Assembly: GCA_033442325.1 (NCBI GenBank)
Contig: JAWQFM010000005.1
Location: forward strand, 611,327-675,326
Length of the DNA: 64,000 nt
Source: Salpingoeca rosetta
Taxonomy: Eukaryota; Protista; Choanoflagellata
Direction of reading: 5' to 3'
Part shown: positions 45,446 to 64,000 of the stretch, in pieces
Layout: each line of letters starts with the position of its first letter
Numbering within the stretch: position 1 is the first letter of the stretch
Translations under genes and position numbers: made by a program
Notes under the pieces: generated by a model
What the model was told of the DNA's origin: nothing
The model's input: only the letters and a program-made list of their open reading frames with translations
Database searches by the model: none

Positions 45446-47215
45446 CGGTAGCTGGGTCCTCGCTGAGCTGATGTGTTTGGCTCATTGCTGCGTTTGGTTG
45501 GCCACGTGACGCGCGTGATGGTGCATTGGCAAACCTACAGGGCGTCTCCACGGAATCTGTGCTCGCGCCAAAGAAGAAGAAGAAGGTGTGGTGTGGGCTA
45601 TTTTTTGCGCCGTTGCTGTTGCTGTTGCTGTTGCCGTTGCTGTTGATGTGCATTACCGCTTTCCTTGCCTTGCTCCCAAGGTTCTTGTTGTTGTTGTTGT
45701 TATCATTTCCTCACTCTGACTCTCACCTCGTCTTTCTCCCTCTTTCTCCCTCTTTCTCCCTCTTTCTCACTGATTAATTCATCCAACACATTCACTCGCG
45801 TGTAGGGCAAGAAGGACACCAAGGCAGGCGCAGCTGGCACCGCCACCGCCACGGCAACCAAGCCCTCCCCTGCCGCAACAACAGCAGCGGCAGCAGCGGC
45901 AGCAGCGGCAGCGAAGCAGGCGAGCAAGGGTGCTGCTGCGAAGACGACACCGCCCAAGACAGCGACCACCAAGGGCCGCCGGGGCTCCAAAACGGCCACG
46001 GCAGCAGGCGCAGGTGCGGCAGCATCAACCCCCGTCGCAGGCAAAGCAGCGCCGTCAACGGCTGCCAAGGGCGGCAGGCGCGGGTCTGCAGGGAGCCGGG
46101 GTGGTGGCGCCACGCCGCGCACACCCGCAGCCTCGCGACAGGGGTCGACGTCGTCGCTGAAGGATGCGGGGCGGCGGCCATCGAGTGTGGGCCGGCCAAC
46201 GGTCAGCCTTGTCAGCGCCAGTATGCGCAAGGTCTCTGCTGCAAACACGCAGAAGGCGCGCGATTTCATCAAGTCGTTCCTCGACAAGTACAACCTCGGT
46301 GCGTCGTTGCGTCTGTGTGCATATGTGTGTGTGTGTGTTGGTATTGTCGGTCTTGCTCAATGCACTTGCTTGTTTCTCCACTTACACACACACACGCACA
46401 CACACGCACACATATGCACACACACACACACACACACTCACACGCATGCATGCACGCAAACTAGGTGATCCACTGCCGACGTCGCGGTTGATGCCGGAGC
46501 TGCTGGCGCTCAAGTCGCTTGCCCTCAACTTCCACGAGGAGCAGAACAAGGCACAGGGCCTGGAATACCAAGTCTGGCGTCTCAGGTGAGTCGGATAGAT
46601 TGTGCACGCGTGTCAACTTGTAGTTGCACTGTTGTCTTTGGATTCACCTCACGACCATGTTCCCCGTTCCCGCAACGCACGCACACACGCTCACACACAC
46701 ACTGACACACACATATGCACACACAATGCACGCACGCATACACATATGCACGCACATAAGCACACACACACTCACACTCACACACTCACGCACACACACA
46801 CTCACGCACGCACATACACACAAACATATGCACACATGACGCACTTGCATTCATTAGGGATGCGCGGGACACGCTGCTGAAGCGCAAAGGGCTATCGCCA
46901 AGCAGCGAGACAGATCCTGCAACCACAACAACAACGCCAGCAGCAGCAGCAACCGCCACCCCACGTTCCTCCGCACAGCAGCAAGCCGCAGCGACAGCCG
47001 GGCCCGTGCCAACCGTCACCCCTCAGCAGGAGCTGGCACCAGCAGCAACAACAACATCAGCAACAACAGCATCAACAACAGCATCAACACCAGCAGCAAC
47101 ACCAGCAGCAACATTATCAACCACACCAGCGTCAGTGACAACATCACACCAGCAGCAGGAGGAGGAGGAGGACGCTGGCGGAGAGCAGCCAAGCAAACGA
47201 GCGCGCACGGAGTGA
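42623..47215 (+). CDS. DMAP1: DNA methyltransferase 1-associated protein 1 / Swc4-Eaf2 (NuA4/SWR1 SANT subunit)
   Basis: KPTGLRRELYDL, WKWCSFTNKAR, DGLVLHHWR, EYMFARF, YAKYLQDDSWSYLETRKLMDL, FILMQDRY, RTVEDLKDRFY, YDKKHEEARKEQL; C-terminal basic PSKRARTE*. Confidence 0.92.
43203..43302. other. Assembly gap (N)
   Basis: 100 N within the DMAP1 gene span. Confidence 0.99.
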
Positions 47216-48034
47216 CACTGCGGTTTGTGATGTTGCTTACGAAATGCTGACTCTGCAGTTTCGGCTGTTCTGTGAATGATACCCGGTAAAAATCGAACCA
47301 CCGAAATTAGCTCTCTTGCTTTGCAGCCGTCCACGCCCACCACACAACAAGAGGGCGAAAAATAAAATAAAAATTGTCGTGCTGCGGTGGTGTGCGTATT
47401 TGGCGATTTGTGTTGGCACCCCTCAAAACAGACACACAACCCAATATCCACGCACGAACACACAGAGAGTCAAGCAGAAAGAAGCAAACGCGTTGCCTTG
47501 GCCGCCCACGTTCACATCGCTCGCTGTAGCTGAAGGTGAGATGTCTGCCTGCTTAGCACCCCGCATGTTGTGCGCATGCGGTGGACATCACACCTCCAGC
47601 AGAGTTTATGGGTCTTCCCACCATTTTCTTCTGCGCGCATTGCACGACAACAACAACAACACATCCAACCAAACAATCGCCACCGCCCCCTTGTTATTTG
47701 TTGTCGCGTGTTTCGTGCCACCGCCATCCACCATCACCATCATCATTCTCTGTTTGTGACCACCGCAAGACCGCACCAAGCGCATCGTGTGCGAGCCACA
47801 TTACCAAAACAGCCCCTGAACACCCCCTTCCACTCACACGTTTTCCATCTCTGCTCGTGTTACGTCGTCCCTGTCATCCCTGCTGTCGTCGCTGCGTTTC
47901 TCCTGCTGCGGCTTCGCTTCGTCCCCTGCTTCCGCTGGCGCCCGCGCTGCTGCTGCTGCTGCTGGCTGGCTGTTGCCGAAGCAGCTTTTGTCGCTTGACA
48001 TCCGTCACACCACACAACACACCACACAAACACA

Positions 48035-49679
<1,645 letters not shown>

Positions 49680-49684
49680 GCTCG

Positions 49685-49685
49685 C

Positions 49686-49717
<32 letters not shown>

Positions 49718-49799
49718 CCAACCAACCAACCAACCAACCAACCAACCAACCAACCAACCAACCAACCAACCAACCAACCAACCAACCAACCAACCAACC
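49685..49799. repeat. (CAA)n-(AACC)n microsatellite just after the Rap1 stop codon
   Basis: Directly visible in the presumptive 3' UTR. Confidence 0.9.
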
Positions 49800-50104
49800 T
49801 TACATTACAATAGCAAACCACGCGTACCTCGTTCATACACTACGATGACCTGTGTTTATCCTTTTGGTGGTGAGCTTGTTTCCTTTTCCACTGCCCACCA
49901 TCATCTGCCTTCCTCTCTCCCGCTACTCTTTGCTTTGGGCCGCATGTGTCGTGTAGTACAGGCACCACCACGTGCGCCCCCTGCCTGCCTTTGTCTTCTT
50001 CTTGTTCTCTCGTCCACTTTCCTCTCTTTTTGCTCGGCTTTGCTGTGTGACTCATCCATACACAAGCTGCTGGTAGCGCCAACCATGTCATCGTCGTCAT
50101 TCAC

Positions 50105-50150
<46 letters not shown>

Positions 50151-50600
50151 GTGTGTGCGTGTGTGTGTGTGTGGTGATTGACTTGGGGCTGCTTCTTTGT
50201 TTCATCTCCTTCTGTCTTGCTGCATCTCTTGTACATGTGCGCAAAGGAGTTGTGCAGAAGTGGAGGGCGCATCAGTTACCGTCTTCAGTCTCGCCACACA
50301 GCGCTTGCCTGTTGCGCTGGCTGTGTCTTGTGCTTGCTCCCTGACACCCACCTTTTCATTGTGCAATGTTCGTGTGTCCTGTTGCGTCGTGCATGCTCCT
50401 CTCCCTTCCGGAAGCTTGTTTTGGTTGACTCCTGCACGCTTTCCGTTGGCTTTTGTTGTTCTTGGTGTTGGCAGCGTGCCTGCCCCAGTCGTGCTGCTCT
50501 TTCTTTCCCTCTCGCTTTGTTTCCGACTCAACAAGTACATACATCACACAGTGACTGACAAGGGCAGGCTTGCTTGAAATAGTTTATCGAAGCACCACGT

Positions 50601-50689
<89 letters not shown>

Positions 50690-50692
50690 GTG

Positions 50693-51205
50693 CTACTGCC
50701 TCAGCTTGCTCAGCATGTCCCGTTCTTGCGCCGACAACGGCACAATCCATTCGCCCGCACGCGCGTTGTGCTTCCCGTGCACAGGCAGCAGCGGTAGCAT
50801 GCCCTCGTTGGTGCCCGACACCAGCAACCGTGATGGTGACGATGACGATGATGGAGAGGAGGGTGCAGTGTCGTGTTGATGCCACGATGATGCAGGAGGG
50901 GCGTGGCGGCGCGGACACACACCCAATGTATCCAGCGTGGTGTGCAGGAGCGTGTGCTTGAGCGCACGATACTGCGCATCGTCAATGTGCTGCGACATGG
51001 AGGGAAGCCCATTCACTTCAATCACGTGCATCTCAAGCGCGCTGGACACAAACACATCCACGCCCAGGAGCTGAAAGCAGTGCTTGCATGCATCCCCTTT
51101 CAACGTCGACCGCCCTTGTCTTGCAGAATCACCATTCCCGCCACTGTTCTTCTTGCCCAAACTGCTGTCTTGTGCGGTGCGACCCCCACGCCCACTCCTT
51201 CCATT

Positions 51206-51240
<35 letters not shown>

Positions 51241-51875
51241 CCTGTGCCTGCAGCTGTGCTGCGAGCAGCACCGGTCGGATGGAGGATGCTGCTCTCCTCA
51301 GCAGTTCCTCGTACACACTCGCTTGCTGTAATTCGTCTTCGTTGAATATGGCGCCCGGCCCATGCTGTCTCCCTCCCCTTCTCCTCCCCGTCTTCTGTTT
51401 GCTGTGTTTCGTTGTCCCCTTTCTTCGTTGATCCATGCCCAACTCTGACGAGCGCAGTGCAGCGAGGAGGTCTGTGTCCCCTGTGTGCACCAGATGGTCT
51501 GCCAGTTGCTGAAGCCGCCACACCGCCCCGCCAAACGCTTCATGGCCTCGGCCATCTCCTCGTGGCTGCTGCTGTTGCTGCCGTTGTTGCTGTGATTGCT
51601 GGCTTCGTTGGCGTTGCTCGTGCTGACTGCTGTCCTCTAGTTTGTGTTGTGACAGATATGTGTTGGTCATCCATTGTGTTCGCCGCCCGCCCCGATGCGC
51701 AGACGGATCGTACGCGTCCAGTGCAAAGCGCACCAAGCAGTCGTTGAGCATGTTCGCGTGCAGCGCCGATGCCGTTCCCTTCAGCAACACGTAGCAGCGC
51801 AGGTCCACCTTGTGTCCGTGCACGAGCAGTGGGTTGTTGAGCAGTGGCGACACGACGTAGGTGTGCGCCTGCCAA

Positions 51876-51906
<31 letters not shown>

Positions 51907-52569
51907 TTTGTTGTTGTTGTGACAACTTCGTCAGCACGGCCTCTGCTTCCTCGGCGCTGTCGACTGAGGTCGCAGGAATTGGGGGTTGGTTGAGGGGGGG
52001 GGGGGGGCGAACAGAGTGGCGCAAGGTGAGCCGTTATCAGGTCAGTCAGACCGCATGCAGGCAAGCAGGACTCAGATGCAAAGGCGATGGCAAGAGGCAC
52101 ACGAAGCACAGGAGGCACAGGAGGCACAGGAGGCACAAGAGGGCGAGGGAACAGCCACTCACATTCCAACAAAGACGAGCAAGCACCCAAACGTGCATGT
52201 GAACAAGGGCAACAAGCACATCCATACATGCTTGCACGCACCTGCAAAGACGCCTTTTCCTTCCCCCATGGTGGCTGGCTTGATGACAAAGGCGTGCGCT
52301 GTCGAGTAGCTGGCCATGAACTTTCGCAGCTCGGCAAAGCCATTGGCATCCATGACAAACGGCTTGCACGGGATGTGAGCCGACATCAGCCTCAATGACA
52401 CCGCTGCTGATGCGCCCTGCGTCTGCGTTGCTGCTTGCAGCCACCATTCCATGGTTCTGCAACAGGCGAAATGTGAGTTCGTGCGAGCATGTGTGTGGGT
52501 GTGAAGCTGTGTGTGCGAGTGTGTGTGTGTGAGTGTGTGTGCGAGTGCGTGCATGTATGTGTGTGTGTG

Positions 52570-52653
<84 letters not shown>

Positions 52654-53304
52654 TGTGAGAGAGGCCTAGAGGCCAAGACGGAGGGCGCACTTGCATCATG
52701 CCTGCAAGCACTTGAATCAAGACAAGCAAGGAGGCACAACAGCACAGCATGGCGCGTCTGTCACTCACGCGCTCTCAAGTGCTGACCTGCAGAAGGCGTC
52801 TTTGCGCCAGACAGTGTTGCGGAGCCACGGCAGCATGCTGATCAAGGGCGGGTGGTGACCTGATGTTCCTGCCGACAAGGATGGCATGCACGCTGCTCGG
52901 CTGTGCGTCATGGCAAAGCACAGTCTAAGGGTCTCCTCCTGAGGATCTTGCTGCGCGCTGAAGGGCGGCAGCGAGAACCCCACTGGCAACGAGGAAGACG
53001 CCAGCGTCGATGGTGTGGCTGCCTTCTTGCTTTGCTGATGAGTGAAGCTGAAGCTGACGTCCACACTGGCACAGCGCTGGTGCAGCACATGCAGCCAGGC
53101 GGGGAGATCTCGCTGCGCATAGTACATCATGGCACCTGACTCGTCCACCACCTGCACGGAGAGGTGCTGTGGTTGCTGTGGTTGCCGTGTGCGCCCCGCC
53201 ACGCTCTTCTTCTCCTTGGTCCTGCTTGCCACCATTGCCAGCAGCACGTACACCGCGCACACGGCAAGCACAGCCACTGGGGCGCGCATCACACGCCAGC
53301 GCAT
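50693..53304 (-). CDS. Tubulin-tyrosine-ligase-like ATP-grasp protein with N-terminal signal anchor
   Basis: [26 protein letters not shown]; [18 protein letters not shown]; [15 protein letters not shown]; [25 protein letters not shown]; LVRFALDAY; MTNTY; [11 protein letters not shown]...[10 protein letters not shown]. 3' end is tentative. Confidence 0.85.
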
Positions 53305-53340
53305 GCTTTTGTCACATCAAAACAACAAGGGGACATTGGT

Positions 53341-53405
<65 letters not shown>

Positions 53406-53809
53406 GATGTCAGTTGAAGTTTGTTGTTGTTGTGGTTGTTTGGTGGTGGTGGTGGTGGTGGTGGTGGTGGTGGTGGTTTGTGGTGGCCGTGACGACGTTG
53501 TTTGCATGCAAGCAAGTGTAACAACAGCGTTGACGTGTCGGCATGACGTGCGAGAGGGTGTCTGCATGTATGTACAAGAAGACAAACGAAGCGGGAGTAC
53601 GCCCAGCCTAGAGCAAAGAGCTGAAGAGAATGGAAGAGAATGGAAGGAGGGAGGGGAGGAAGGAAACGCTGGCAGTGTCAAACAGAGAGGGGGGGCGGGG
53701 GGAGGAGTTGCTATCAAACACACATTCACACACACGCACGTCCACATGCACACGTGTGCATGCACCCAAGTGCGTGCACCCAGCAACAAATGCTTGAGCA
53801 TCATCATCA

Positions 53810-60214
<6,405 letters not shown>

Positions 60215-60457
60215 GGCGGGCCGGTGGAAGCAACAAGCGCTGCAAACGAGAAACAGGCCTAGCTCGGGAGAAGGGTCGCAGGCAAGGAGAAGCAAAGATA
60301 AGACAAAGCAGTGCAAGGCAGCTGAGGTAGGAGGTGTTGTGTTGTGTGCTTGTGGTTGCGTTGTGTTCAGCCTTCTGCTTCTGTTCGTCTTTGTTGTTGT
60401 TGTTGTTGTCTTCTTTGTTGTTTTTGTTTGCGTTTCGCGCACACAAACACAACGAGG
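60215..60457. promoter_or_regulatory. Putative bidirectional promoter, karyopherin / TMC
   Basis: 243 bp between divergent ATGs. Confidence 0.5.

Positions 60458-64000
<3,543 letters not shown>

Noticed and set aside
49716-49799. (AACC)n tract resembling a telomeric repeat
   Set aside because: It is an internal tetranucleotide microsatellite, not CCCTAA; similar TTGG tracts occur elsewhere in the window.

Overview
Eukaryotic, intron-rich genomic DNA whose introns are packed with (CA)n/(TG)n, (GACA)n, (GA)n and (CAA)n microsatellites. This style plus animal-like gene content suggests a choanoflagellate such as Salpingoeca rosetta (inference, not verified). Almost all entries in the ORF track are repeat artefacts, so genes were rebuilt by hand from exon fragments and GT-AG junctions. 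About 16 protein-coding genes are supported: TMCO3/KEA-type antiporter, calmodulin-like EF-hand protein, UBXN7-like p97 adaptor, PP5, a divergent intronless pair of IRG/IIGP-like GTPases, an orphan coiled-coil gene, TIM17, a tandem-CH plus IRS/Dok-type PTB adaptor, an intronless orphan nuclear protein, ZUP1-type deubiquitinase, DMAP1/Swc4, Rap1, a signal-anchored TTL-like ATP-grasp ligase, an importin-13/transportin-3-like karyopherin and a TMC channel. Many genes sit head-to-head across short spacers. Best leads: (1) the IRG-like GTPase pair, one member with a degenerate G3 motif; (2) the CH-CH-PTB domain combination; (3) the secretory-pathway TTL-like ligase; (4) complementary TG...CA repeat blocks at opposite ends of many introns. 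Coordinates of spliced genes are manual gene spans, and family calls rest on remembered motifs, not database searches.
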